DNA from: an uncultured Clostridia bacterium
GTDB lineage: Bacteria > Bacillota > Clostridia > TANB77 > CAG-508
Length of the DNA stretch: 59,785 bases
Direction: 5' to 3'
NCBI GenBank assembly: GCA_947589835.1
Contig: CANQCT010000002.1
Location: forward strand, 1 to 59,785
Shown here: positions 18,605 through 28,173 of the stretch, piece by piece
How positions within the stretch are numbered: the first letter of the stretch is position 1
Layout: every line of letters begins with the position of its first letter
The notes under the pieces: generated by a model
Databases searched by the model: none
Told to the model about the DNA's origin: nothing
What the model saw: the letters and a program-made list of their open reading frames with translations, nothing else
Program-made: the position numbers and the translations under genes

Positions 18605-19337
18605 TGTTCTCACTTCCAAAACGTTTTTTAAATTCTAAGCTATTAAATACCTCTTCTGGAGTGCCTTCTTTAATAACTTCTTTATCTAATAAAATTACTT
18701 TATCTGCATATTTTTTAGCTAATTCAAAATCGTGTGATACTAGTAAAATAGACATATCATAGTTTGTTTTTAGGTTATTTACTAGTTCATAAAAATCTCT
18801 TGTGCCATTTTTATCTATGCCTGAAACAGGTTCATCTAATATTAATAGGTTAGGAGCTGGTTTTGTAGCAATTGCTAATAATACTCTTTGAAGCTCTCCA
18901 CCTGATAGATCTCCTATGCTTTTATCTATTAATTTTTCTGCTCCAAATATTTTTAGCTGTTCTTTTATTTCTTGATATATTTTTTTGTCCTTTTTTAAAA
19001 ATACTGGTACATAGCAAATGCATGATGCAAATAAGTCATATACTGTGGTTGGCATATGCTTTTCTATATTAATTGATTGTGGTACATAGCCAATTTTTAT
19101 TCTTTTGGTAATATTTTCTTTTATGTCCATAAAAGTTATGTTTCCTGTGTGTTCTACTTCTCCTAAAATAGCTTTTAGTAATGTAGATTTACCGGCACCA
19201 TTTCTACCAATAATTACGGTTAACTCTCCACAGTGAATGTGAATATTTACATTTTTTAATACAACTTCTTTTCCAAACTTCACACTTATATTATTTATTT
19301 TCGTGCAGTGAAGTCCACAAGCTACTGATTTTTCCAT
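18588..19337 (-). CDS. znuC: Metal ABC transporter ATP-binding protein, ZnuC-like
   Basis: Walker A GRNGAGKST, signature LSGGELQR, Walker B LLILDEP. Confidence 0.9.
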   Translation of the reverse strand: MEKSVACGLHCTKINNISVKFGKEVVLKNVNIHIHCGELTVIIGRNGAGKSTLLKAILGEVEHTGNITFMDIKENITKRIKIGYVPQSINIEKHMPTTVYDLFASCICYVPVFLKKDKKIYQEIKEQLKIFGAEKLIDKSIGDLSGGELQRVLLAIATKPAPNLLILDEPVSGIDKNGTRDFYELVNNLKTNYDMSILLVSHDFELAKKYADKVILLDKEVIKEGTPEEVFNSLEFKKRFGSENNGINI

Positions 19338-19618
19338 TATTTTTTCACCTAGTTTCTTTTTTATTATAATTTTAAATTTAGTTTAATTTTTTCTATGCCT
19401 ATCCCTTTGTTGTTTTGACTTTTATTGCTTAGCTTTTTATTAGTTTTATTTGTAATTGGCTTAATATTTTATTGATTTAGCTTTTCGTTTGCTTAGCTCT
19501 TTATTAATTGAACTTTTCGTTGGCTTAGTTCATTTAAAATTCCATTCCTTTCTCGCTTCGCTCGCAAGGCACACATAGTTATGAAATATTATGTTCTTTC
19601 AAACTAATTCTTGCCCTA

Positions 19619-20518
19619 TTAATTTACGCTTAGTTTGCTTAAAATTTCTAAGTTTTCTGCCATTTTATTTAAGTATTCGTTTTTGTTAAATTCACCTGAT
19701 AATAATGAATTTAATTTTATAATTTGTGCTCCTGTTTCATTTGCTAAAGTTTGTGCATTGTTTAAGTTATTTTCTTCACCTATAAAAATTAATTTTATAT
19801 TTTCTTTGTTCATTTTTTCTATTATGTTTTTCATAGTATCTGCTGATAGTGTGCTTTCTTCGTGGTTTGTTTCAATATATGTAACATCCATTTTTATACT
19901 ATTTGCTAAGTATACTAAAGCTTCATCTAGGCAAATTACTTTTTGTGAATTTAGCTTTGCTAATTGTTCTGTATAATTTGAATTTAACTCATTTAAAGCC
20001 TGTACATATTTTTCACAATTTGCTGTATAAATAGAGCTATTTTCAGGATTGTATTCACATAACTTTTGTGAAATTGTTTCTACTTGATTTATATAATTTT
20101 TAATATCTGTCCATATATGAGGATTTACATTTTCATTATTTTGCAAAGTATTTGTAATATTTATACTACTATCAATTATTTTTAAATTTTGATTTGCCTG
20201 TAATATTTTGTCCATAAATTCTTCTAATCCTAAACCATTTTGTATAAAAATATTCGCTTTTTCTATTTTTCGCATATCTAAAGTAGAAAGTGTGTAATCA
20301 TGCAAGCATCCTACGTCATTTTGTGTTAAACATACATTTTCTATATTTTGCGCACCTTCTACTAAGTTCATAGTTATTATATGAATTGGATAAAATGAAC
20401 TTACTATTTTTAAATTATTGTTTTCCTCTTTTGGCTTATTTTTTTGAATGGCAAATACGGCCATTAGTATAATTATAATAAGTAATATAGTAAAAGTAAT
20501 TTTTACTTTTTTATTCAA
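19619..20518 (-). CDS. znuA: Metal ABC transporter substrate-binding lipoprotein, ZnuA/TroA-like
   Basis: 299 aa with an N-terminal TM/signal segment and family-9 SBP features (..NPHIWTD..). It lies upstream of znuC and znuB. Confidence 0.8.
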   Translation of the reverse strand: MNKKVKITFTILLIIIILMAVFAIQKNKPKEENNNLKIVSSFYPIHIITMNLVEGAQNIENVCLTQNDVGCLHDYTLSTLDMRKIEKANIFIQNGLGLEEFMDKILQANQNLKIIDSSINITNTLQNNENVNPHIWTDIKNYINQVETISQKLCEYNPENSSIYTANCEKYVQALNELNSNYTEQLAKLNSQKVICLDEALVYLANSIKMDVTYIETNHEESTLSADTMKNIIEKMNKENIKLIFIGEENNLNNAQTLANETGAQIIKLNSLLSGEFNKNEYLNKMAENLEILSKLSVN

Positions 20519-20662
20519 TGTACTTTCCCCTTTTCTACATTAATTTCATTTAATAATAACATAATATTTAATGTTTTTCAATATGTAACATTTTTTAAAA
20601 TTTGACTTTTTTTGCTAATTACTGTATAATCAAAATAAATTTTTTATAAAGGATGTGTTAAT

Positions 20663-20932
20663 ATGCTTTCCGCACAGGTATGTTCTAATTGTGAATATTG
20701 TACAGACTGTTCTAAGCGGAAAGTCTGTGCAATAAGAAAAATGTTCTATTCGGATTCTGAATATGCAAAATGGAGAAAGGAAGCTATAGATTCTGCTAAT
20801 GCATTATCTAGTTTAGTATTTCCAGGTTCTCTTTATTATGAAGTTACTCAAGTAGCTCGAATAGAATTACAAGCTATGGATGCAAGAAGAAAGCAAGAAC
20901 TTAAGCTTCATCCTACTTATTCGCAAGACTAA
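20663..20932 (+). CDS. Hypothetical protein with N-terminal Cys cluster (contains an in-frame CGG at 20717-20719)
   Basis: 89 aa ORF with moderately elevated GC. CxxCxxCxxC-like N-terminus (CSNCEYCTDCSKRKVC). No family recognised, so coding status is uncertain. Confidence 0.4.
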   Translation: MLSAQVCSNCEYCTDCSKRKVCAIRKMFYSDSEYAKWRKEAIDSANALSSLVFPGSLYYEVTQVARIELQAMDARRKQELKLHPTYSQD

Positions 20933-21010
20933 CATTTCCTATTGCCATTTATAGTATGTTTGGCAAATCATAGAGGGTGTCCTAAAATAGGGTCCCTCTT
21001 TTCATTTCAC

Positions 21011-21049
21011 AAAAAAACTACTAACTCTTTTTTGGTTAGTAGTTTTTTT
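21011..21049. terminator. Bidirectional terminator downstream of rpsR
   Basis: aactactaac-tctttttt-ggttagtagtt with flanking A and T runs. Confidence 0.7.
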
Positions 21050-21051
21050 AA

Positions 21052-21330
21052 TTATTCTTGTGTATATGGAAGGATAGCTATTTGTCTAGCTCTTTTTACT
21101 GCTAGAGTAATATCTCTTTGATGAATTGCACATGCACCAGTTGCTCTTCTTGGAAGTATTTTTCCTTTATCATTAATGAATTTTTTTAATTGGTCTGCAT
21201 TTTTATAATCTAATTTTAAGTTTTTGTCTGCACATAATGGGCATACTTTTTTTCTAACTTTTCTAAATTTAGGATTATAATCTTCATCATTATTTCTAGT
21301 ATTTCTTTTATTGTTTTTCTTATCTGACAT
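21052..21330 (-). CDS. rpsR: 30S ribosomal protein S18
   Basis: ..KVCPLCADK....DYKN...LKKFI...GKILPRR.TG.CA.HQR....A.KRAR..A.LPY matches S18. Confidence 0.95.
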   Translation of the reverse strand: MSDKKNNKRNTRNNDEDYNPKFRKVRKKVCPLCADKNLKLDYKNADQLKKFINDKGKILPRRATGACAIHQRDITLAVKRARQIAILPYTQE

Positions 21331-21399
21331 TTTATTTACCCCCTATCTTTTTGGTTTTCCATTTTCTATAGCTTAATTTACAATAAAATTGTTTTTTAC

Positions 21400-21828
21400 T
21401 CAGAATGGTAAATCATCTCCTGATGAAATTTCAAAGTCTGAACCAGAGTTAGCATTAGGCATTGTTCCAAATGTTGCATCAAAGCTTGCTGAGCCTGAGT
21501 CACCATCTCTTTTGCTATCTGCAAAATATGCTTCTTCTGCTACCACCTCTGTAACATAGTGTTTTTGTCCTTGGTCATCATCCCAGTTTCTAGTTTGTAT
21601 TCTACCAATTATACCAACTTGTTGACCTTTTTTAAAATATTTACTGCAAAATTCTCCAAGTTTGCTCCAAGCAACAATATTTATAAAGTCTGCTTGTCTT
21701 TCTTCGCCTTGTCTAACAAATCTACGATTTACTGCTAAACTAAAAGAGGCTACTAGAGTATTATTTGTTTGTGTGTATCTTACTTCTGGATCTCTTGTTA
21801 AACGACCCATTAAAATTACTTTGTTCAT
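21400..21828 (-). CDS. ssb: Single-stranded DNA-binding protein
   Basis: MNKVILMGRLTRDPEVRYT.. is an OB fold. Acidic tail ..DDLPF. The rpsF-ssb-rpsR operon order is conserved. Confidence 0.95.
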   Translation of the reverse strand: MNKVILMGRLTRDPEVRYTQTNNTLVASFSLAVNRRFVRQGEERQADFINIVAWSKLGEFCSKYFKKGQQVGIIGRIQTRNWDDDQGQKHYVTEVVAEEAYFADSKRDGDSGSASFDATFGTMPNANSGSDFEISSGDDLPF

Positions 21829-21897
21829 TTTTTTAACCTTACCTTTCTATTAATTAAGCCCCGTATTTATCTTTTTGTTTTGCCAAAGTATTTTTAA

Positions 21898-22179
21898 CTA
21901 CTCTGCTTTTACAGTAATGAATTTAATTACTTCATCAATGATTCTGTAATTTCTTTCTAGTTCTGCAATTAAACTTGGGTTTGCTTCAAAGTTTATTACT
22001 ACATAGTAGCCTTCTTTGTTTTTCTTAACTTCATAAGCAAGTTTCTTTTTGCCAAGTTCTTCTACTTTTTCTACTTTTCCGTCATGATTGATTATTTCTG
22101 TGAATTTTTGAGATAAGTCTTTAACTTTTTCTTCTTCTACAGATGGATCAATAATGACAACACTTTCGTATTTGTTCAT
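21898..22179 (-). CDS. rpsF: 30S ribosomal protein S6
   Basis: MNKYESVVIIDPSVEEE..LAYEVKK..EGYYVVINFEA matches S6. Confidence 0.95.
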   Translation of the reverse strand: MNKYESVVIIDPSVEEEKVKDLSQKFTEIINHDGKVEKVEELGKKKLAYEVKKNKEGYYVVINFEANPSLIAELERNYRIIDEVIKFITVKAE

Positions 22180-22350
22180 TATATTTCACCTCCTTATGGA
22201 TATAAACCTGCAATTTATTTGCAAGTAAGGAATTTATTTCCTTTTTCAACGTTACTATTTTACCATAGTTTTGGCTAAAGTGCAAGAGAAATTTTAAACA
22301 ATTTTTCGTAAACTAATTTGTACTTTTCAGCTATTATTCCTAAATAAGTT

Positions 22351-23239
22351 TTATTCATTTGTTTGAAGCTTTTTTATTTCTTCTTCTGATAAGCCTGTTA
22401 CATTCATAATAACGTCTATTTCTATTTTTCTTTCTAGCATTTTCTTTGCAATCTCTAATTTACCGCTCTAATTTACCTTCTAGCTTTCCATCTCGCTTTG
22501 CTTCATATAATAATTGTTCTTGGTCCATTCTTTCTAGTTCTGCTTTTAATGCCATTCTCCTTAATATATCATCTTGACTTATTTTTTCTAATTCATCTTT
22601 TGCTTCTTTTATATTCTCATTGTTTTCCATAATTTTAGCCACCTCCTTATTTTCAGGGTTTTCTAGAAACATCATCCATTGAAGTACTTCATTTTGTTTG
22701 TTATTTTCGTATTCTTTTATAGCCTTTGGTAGTTCAATTATATCAATTTGTAAATATGGAGTCAATAGTTTAGTTAAATATTCTTCTTCTCGTATTTGCC
22801 ATTTCGTATGGCTTTTTGTTATTTCTTTAAAATCTTCTATTTCATCATCTAATATTATTATACTTATTGTCTTTTTTAAACAACTATATTTATTTCCTAT
22901 TTGTAAATTTGCTGCATACATTTTTGACCAATAGTATAAAAATCTTTCTAACATTTTTTCATGTGAACTTAGCTGTATTTCTATATCACATTCTATGTTA
23001 TCATTTATTACTGCCCTTAAGTCTAGTCTGCCATTTTTATCTTCTGTATTGTCATTTAATAAATCTTTGCTTTTGTCTAATTCTAGGCTATGTACTTTTA
23101 TATTTAGTATGTCTTCTATTAATGCCTTAGTTATACTTTCTTTTCCCCTTGTAAATAACGCTTGAAATACTACATCATTTTTTGGTTGTAATATTCCATT
23201 TTCTTCTTTTGTTTCTTCTGTTAATTGTTTTTTTGTCAT
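22351..23239 (-). CDS. Rpn-family recombination-promoting nuclease / PD-(D/E)XK putative transposase; C-terminus reached only by +1 shift at CGG (22463-22465)
   Basis: The N-terminal KNDVVFQALF..LDLRAV..IECDIEIQL is typical of Rpn/YhgA-like proteins. The 0-frame ends GKLE-CGG-TAA. The +1 frame continues G-KLEIAKKMLERKIEIDVIMNVTGLSEEEIKKLQTNE*, the usual family C-terminal helix-turn-helix tail. Confidence 0.8.
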
Positions 23240-23560
23240 AATTTGTTTTCCTTCCTTTCGCATATTGCATAAAAACTGAATAATATTTTTGGGTCTTAAA
23301 ATATTACTTGGTTTTTTATGCTTTTTTTAAATTTTATATTATTAGCTAGAAGGCTTGTTTTTTTATAGTGCTTTTATAATTTGCTTTTAATTCTTTTTTA
23401 ATATTTTTATTTGGATTTTTAATATTAAGATATACTAAATTATTTTTGATTTTAATATTAAGATATACCTAAATCACTTTTGATTTTTTAAATATTTTAA
23501 ATTATTTTAATAACTAAGTAGCCTATAAATTTTCATAAATTGACTTTAATTTTAATTTAA

Positions 23561-23664
23561 CATATTTTTCGCAGTTTTGAGAGGCCTTTGACTTACACAT
23601 TTTTCCTTAAACTTGCTTACTTTGGTGGGCATTTGAAAAACAAGAAAACTAGTATTATTTAAGT
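23561..23664 (+). repeat. 113-116 nt hairpin repeat family A, degenerate copy 1
   Basis: Shares tttttcgcagttttgagagg ... gggcatttgaaaaacaagaaaactagtattatttaag with the other copies. The left end is degraded. Confidence 0.65.
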
Positions 23665-23842
23665 TTTAACGTAATTATAATTATTATGTAGTAACCATAT
23701 TCTAAGATTAAATAAAGTTTTATTTTAAAAGCATATAATAAATTTGATAAAAATAGCTTGCCTTTCGGCTAAGAATATAATACTTTAATTATATAGCATT
23801 TTTTCTATTTTGCAACATTTTTCGTATGACAAATTTCGACAT

Positions 23843-24046
23843 TCACACTTTTTGCAAATATTCTGCAAAATCTTTTAGTTCTTGTTCTTTTGCATCGTTT
23901 GTTCTTTTTGCTACCTCTTTTGCCATATCTAATATTCCACCTTCACCTAGCACTAGTGTTATAGTTACACCTGCTAGTATTAGCAAGACTACTATGGTTA
24001 CAACTAACGCTATTAACGTAATTCCGCTTGTTTCACTTTTTTTCAT
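23843..24046 (-). CDS. Small prepilin-like protein (N-terminal cleavage/methylation-type hydrophobic segment)
   Basis: MKKSETSGITLIALVVTIVVLLILAGV.. resembles the class III signal/pseudopilin N-terminus but lacks Glu at +5. 67 aa. Confidence 0.5.
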   Translation of the reverse strand: MKKSETSGITLIALVVTIVVLLILAGVTITLVLGEGGILDMAKEVAKRTNDAKEQELKDFAEYLQKV

Positions 24047-24287
24047 TCTCCTATTTCCTCCTCTTATGTTTTTTATTCTTTCTTCTCTTCTATTTTTTTC
24101 TCATACATAACTTTTTTCACATTGACAGTTTTTATGAATTTAATTATTTATTTTTCAATGTGCTGTAAGTTATGTTTTTAGCTATATGAACTAAATATAG
24201 AAAATAATAAAGTGTTAACACTTACAAGTTTACCACAAAAAAATATTAAAATCAATATAATAAATAAAAAATTATGGGGTGGTAAAT

Positions 24288-24548
24288 ATGTCATTGATTA
24301 CAAAATATAATGGTAATATGAATGTAACTGGAAGATTACTAAAAAATTACAGAATAAAAAAGTCTTTATCTTATGAAAAATTATCTGCTAAGTTAGAACT
24401 TATGGGAATTAGTATTCACAAGCAAAGTTTATATGATATTGAGAATAATAAAAGAACTGTAAAGGACTATGAATTATTTGCTATTGCATATATTTTAGGA
24501 ATAGATGTTAATGATTTGTTTGCAGATATAAAAAAAAAGTATAAATAA
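24288..24548 (+). CDS. XRE-family HTH transcriptional regulator
   Basis: ..LLKNYRIKKSLSYEKLSAKLELMGISIHKQSLYDIENNKR is HTH_3-like. ATG at 24288 with a ggggtgg SD. Confidence 0.7.
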   Translation: MSLITKYNGNMNVTGRLLKNYRIKKSLSYEKLSAKLELMGISIHKQSLYDIENNKRTVKDYELFAIAYILGIDVNDLFADIKKKYK

Positions 24549-24587
24549 AAACTACTACCAACACATTAGTTAGTAATAGCTTTTACA

Positions 24588-25238
24588 TTATAAGTCTATC
24601 ATACATGCTTCATATATTTTCTTTTTCATAGTATATTGTTTTTCATTTTTTATAACTAAGAACCATAAGTACATAAGTATTATTATAAAGGCTATGTTAT
24701 GTATGCGTAAAATAACGATGCTTGTTATTATTGTTAGTATTATTACTGTGATTTTTGATACTTTATTTGTTATTCTATAGGCTTCATGTTTTCCTTTTTG
24801 AATATGCACTATTTCGTGCAAAAATCTTCCGCCATCTAATGGGTAAATTGGTAATAAATTAAATATTGCAAGTAATAAGTTTGTGTATATTATTATTGCT
24901 AAGTTTTTATAATGTGATGCTATTAATAAGCAAATAATTGCAATAAATAAATTTGTTACTGGTCCTGCTAATGCAATTATTATTTTTTTAATGCAAAGTT
25001 TGTTTCCATTTTTTATTTTTTTATTATAGTCGTTAGTGTTTATTTTAAAATGGATTTGAAAGCCAAATGGGGTTATTTTAATGTTGTTTGGTTTAAATCC
25101 AAGTACTAGTCCGAATGAATAGGTGGCCTAATTCATGTATTAATGCAAATATCATTAATATGGCATAGATTTTAATTTGTGATGTTAACCAAAACAAAAT
25201 AATAAATAAAAATATTTTTAAGTCTATTTTTATACTCA
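24588..25238 (-). pseudogene. spoIVFB: SpoIVFB-like M50 intramembrane metalloprotease, two frame disruptions
   Basis: The ATG at 25238 (aggaga SD) gives MSIKIDLKIFLFI.., and the frame is then offset by -1 within a T-rich run (about 25192-25215). The next frame carries ..LIHELGHLFI-CGG (25111-25113). After skipping the C it continues GLVLGFKPNNIKITPFGF....LLPIYPLDGGRFLHEIV.. to 24588. Confidence 0.75.
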
Positions 25239-25347
25239 TGCTTTTCTCCTATTAATTAGTAACTTTTATTACTTATAAAGTTTAAACTTATAAATAATAG
25301 AAAACCTAAATTTATAACTGCGTATAAATATATATTATATAACTTTA

Positions 25348-26454
25348 CTAGGTCCAACTTAATATTAATTCTGGGTCTACGGTTCTTTCGCTTCTTCTTA
25401 TTTCAAAGTGCAAATGTGGTCCTGTTGTATTTCCTGTATTGCCAGATAAGGCTATTTTTTGCCCTTTTTTTACTTTATCTCCTTCTTTTACTAGAATTTT
25501 ACTGCAATGTGCATAAATAGTTGTAACATCTTTATTTACTATTTTTACATGTGTTCCGTAGTCTCCAACATTTGAAACTACTGATACAGTTCCTTCCATT
25601 GCAGCAACTACTGGTGTTCCTACTACTACGCCAATGTCTATTCCTTGGTGATTTTCTGATACTATTTCTGTTGGTTCTCTTTTTCCATAGGGTGATGTGA
25701 TTTTAGCTTTTGCTGGAAGGGTCATACTGAAGTTTTGCTTTATATATTCTGCATCTATTTGCATTTGAGTTTTTTGAGTTGTATCTTTTGCTGATACTTG
25801 TACTGTTTTTACATCTTCATTGCTTCCGCCTATGCCAATTTCTTCATTATTTGTAGAAGCTTGCTTACTTTCGCTGTTTTCATTTTCCAAATTTTGTGCT
25901 TGCTCATTATTTTGCTGATTACTGTCACTTTGATTGTTTTCACTATTTTGCTGGTTTTGATTGTTTTCTTCACTATTTTCTTCACTATTTTCGTTACTAT
26001 TTTGCTGAGTATTTTCTCCTTCTTCATTTTGGTTTGCATTTTCTTCTGTATTATTTTCGCTTTGATTATTTTCTTCTTTGTTTTCAGAAGTTTCTTCTTT
26101 GTTCCATAGTTTTGTTAAAAATCCGAATTTATCTTGATTATTTTGAAAAAATTCTCCTACAGAACTCGATATTTGTGCAAAGTTAATGTCTGTGCTTAAA
26201 AATTCTTTGGTTTTATTTAAAACACTTTCAGAGAATATGTAATTGGTTTCTTTTATAAGTGAAAATATAAGATAAATAAATACACAAATTAATATTTGTA
26301 AAATCATTTTTTTGTACAGAGAAAACTGCCTATTTTCTCTTCCTTGTTTTACTTGAGAACTAGGCATTCTAACATTGTTATTATTTAATTTTCTACGATA
26401 ATATATTTCCTCTGCTCTTTTTATTCTTTCTTCTGGAGAAATTATTTTTTCCAC
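25348..26454 (-). CDS. spoIVFA: M23/LytM-domain protein, SpoIVFA-like (upstream partner of spoIVFB)
   Basis: C-terminal M23 motifs HQGIDIG...GNTGNTTGPHLHFEI. One TM segment. A long N/E/Q/S-rich low-complexity linker. Start placed at the GTG at 26454 (gaggtg SD). Confidence 0.7.
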   Translation of the reverse strand: MEKIISPEERIKRAEEIYYRRKLNNNNVRMPSSQVKQGRENRQFSLYKKMILQILICVFIYLIFSLIKETNYIFSESVLNKTKEFLSTDINFAQISSSVGEFFQNNQDKFGFLTKLWNKEETSENKEENNQSENNTEENANQNEEGENTQQNSNENSEENSEENNQNQQNSENNQSDSNQQNNEQAQNLENENSESKQASTNNEEIGIGGSNEDVKTVQVSAKDTTQKTQMQIDAEYIKQNFSMTLPAKAKITSPYGKREPTEIVSENHQGIDIGVVVGTPVVAAMEGTVSVVSNVGDYGTHVKIVNKDVTTIYAHCSKILVKEGDKVKKGQKIALSGNTGNTTGPHLHFEIRRSERTVDPELILSWT

Positions 26455-26580
26455 AAAAATACACCTCTTCCTTTGTAGCAATCTTTTTTTTAATGTATAT
26501 GTTTTTAAGAGGTGTTTTATTCTTAAAATTTTTATAATTTTTTGTTTAATTTTTAGCTTTTTGTTCTTTGCTATATAAGA

Positions 26581-26693
26581 GCTTAAATAGTACTATTTTT
26601 CGCAGTTTTGAGAGGTCCCGTTCTGAGTTACTTCTATGAACTGGCTCCTGCAACGGGCAATTTGAAAAACAAGAAAACTAGTACTATTTAAGC
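26581..26693 (+). repeat. Hairpin repeat family A, copy 2
   Basis: gcttaaatagtactatttttcgcagttttgagaggtcccgttctga...ctgcaacgggcaatttgaaaaacaagaaaactagtactatttaagc. The termini are exact inverted repeats. Confidence 0.85.
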
Positions 26694-26730
26694 TAATAAC
26701 TCTTTTCAATCAAAATCTTTACATTTATAA

Positions 26731-27102
26731 CTATATTATAAACTGAATTATAGCAATAAGTATTAAACCCGCTACTAATATATGGTTTACAGTTTTTAAT
26801 TTTTTACATTTCTTTTTTAATGTTTGAATAGATTGATTTTCCATTTTGTTTTTATTTTCAATTTTAGATATATAGTCTGATATTAACATTTGAGCTTCTT
26901 TTATAATGTAATCTTTTGACTTTTGCTCTTGTTCTTCTATGTTTTTAGCTTGATCTCGCTCTTTACTTTGCTTTTTTGATTTATCTATTAACTCTAGTTT
27001 TTGTATTTTTTGATTTTCTTTTAACACTACAATTGCCTCTTCTACTATGTTAGATGGCAAATCTTTTAACACAACAATATTTTTCAAACTACTTGTATCC
27101 AT
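26731..27102 (-). CDS. Hypothetical coiled-coil protein with C-terminal TM anchor
   Basis: Start at MDTSSLKN (ggaggg SD). Lys/Glu-rich. The C-terminal LVAGLILIAIIQFII is hydrophobic. Confidence 0.5.
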   Translation of the reverse strand: MDTSSLKNIVVLKDLPSNIVEEAIVVLKENQKIQKLELIDKSKKQSKERDQAKNIEEQEQKSKDYIIKEAQMLISDYISKIENKNKMENQSIQTLKKKCKKLKTVNHILVAGLILIAIIQFII

Positions 27103-27232
27103 TTTAAATTCCCTCCACTTTTTATTTCTATTAATAAAATTTTTTCCAGTTTTTATTTTTTTATACAATATTTTTAATACAAGTAATTTTTATTTTATTG
27201 TGCAATATTCTTTATTAAGCAATTTAAATGTT

Positions 27233-27664
27233 TTAATTAAAATTGTAGTCTTTAATATAATTTGATACTTTTTCTGCAAGCATATCAATTTTTTGTATAT
27301 TCCAGTTTGGTAAATAGTTTTGGGCTCCTATTACAGTTTTTATATTTAAACTAGCTGGAAAGTAAAACCCGCTTCCATAGGCGTTTCCTATTTTTATGCC
27401 CCCTAATGTTACAAAGCTTTTACCAATATGTTCCCTTTTTCCAAATGCAGAATCTATTAATATTATTTGATTGTTATTATACTTTTTTAAATGGCGACTT
27501 AGAATTTGTGCATTTTTTAAATGCACAGGAAATTCCATTGTGCCATATATTTTTACATTGGAGTATGTTTGTAATTTGCTTTTTAATTTTTGCCCAACTC
27601 TTGGGCCAAATGAGTCTGTTAAGATTTTATTTGTTCCTATACAGACAAATATATATTCTTCCAC
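27233..27664 (-). CDS. yyaC: Spore protease YyaC
   Basis: MEEYIFVCIGTNKILTDSFGPRVGQKL.. matches the YyaC family N-terminal motif (CIGTD....D..GP..G). Confidence 0.8.
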   Translation of the reverse strand: MEEYIFVCIGTNKILTDSFGPRVGQKLKSKLQTYSNVKIYGTMEFPVHLKNAQILSRHLKKYNNNQIILIDSAFGKREHIGKSFVTLGGIKIGNAYGSGFYFPASLNIKTVIGAQNYLPNWNIQKIDMLAEKVSNYIKDYNFN

Positions 27665-27754
27665 TAATTTTGCTTACCTTCTTATATATAATTTAGATTT
27701 TTTTTAATTGGATATACCTATAAAACCATTCTAATTTTTATATATTTATCTGTA

Positions 27755-28009
27755 TTAATCTTTATTAAAAGAAATGACTATTTTTACATTTTTATTGTTT
27801 TTATATTTTTTTATAATATCTTCTGAAAAGCCTGCCACTTCGTTTGAAATTATAATTGTATCATAGTTTTGTTTTATTAAGTTTTTCATCGTTTCATCTG
27901 TTTTTTCTAAATCAGATAAAGAAAAAACATCAAATCCTAAAGCTTGTGGCAAACGAAAACTTTTGTTATCTTTTTCATATTTTATCCAAGATATTTTCAT
28001 TTTTACCAT
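27755..28009 (-). CDS. Hypothetical small protein (weak V-type ATPase subunit F-like pattern)
   Basis: 84 aa ORF. ..GFDVF......E..E.....I.QNYDTIIISNEVA resembles subunit F topology, but there are no other V-ATPase genes nearby. Confidence 0.4.
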   Translation of the reverse strand: MVKMKISWIKYEKDNKSFRLPQALGFDVFSLSDLEKTDETMKNLIKQNYDTIIISNEVAGFSEDIIKKYKNNKNVKIVISFNKD

Positions 28010-28173
28010 TAGTCCTTTTAGTTACAAATTTGCTTAAAAAGTTTTTAAGCATCGTAACTAAGCTTAGTTTTTGATGTTTTTATAATTTTTATTCACTTTT
28101 ATTATTCTTATTCACTATTGTTTTATATTATTTTTTGCTGGTTTTAGCACTCTCTTCTAAGTGTGTAAAGCAA

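Noticed and set aside
22351-23239. Rpn-family gene as evidence of an active mobile element
   Set aside because: There are no inverted terminal repeats or target duplications around it. Rpn/YhgA-like genes are usually stand-alone chromosomal nucleases, so I call it a CDS and not an IS.
25798-26186. Plus-strand ORFs antisense to the M23 gene (similar antisense ORFs occur inside most large genes, e.g. 45795-46169, 46774-47127, 57967-58314, 39710-40081)
   Set aside because: They are hydrophobic or low-complexity translations typical of the antisense strand of AT-rich genes. They overlap well-supported CDSs and have no RBS.
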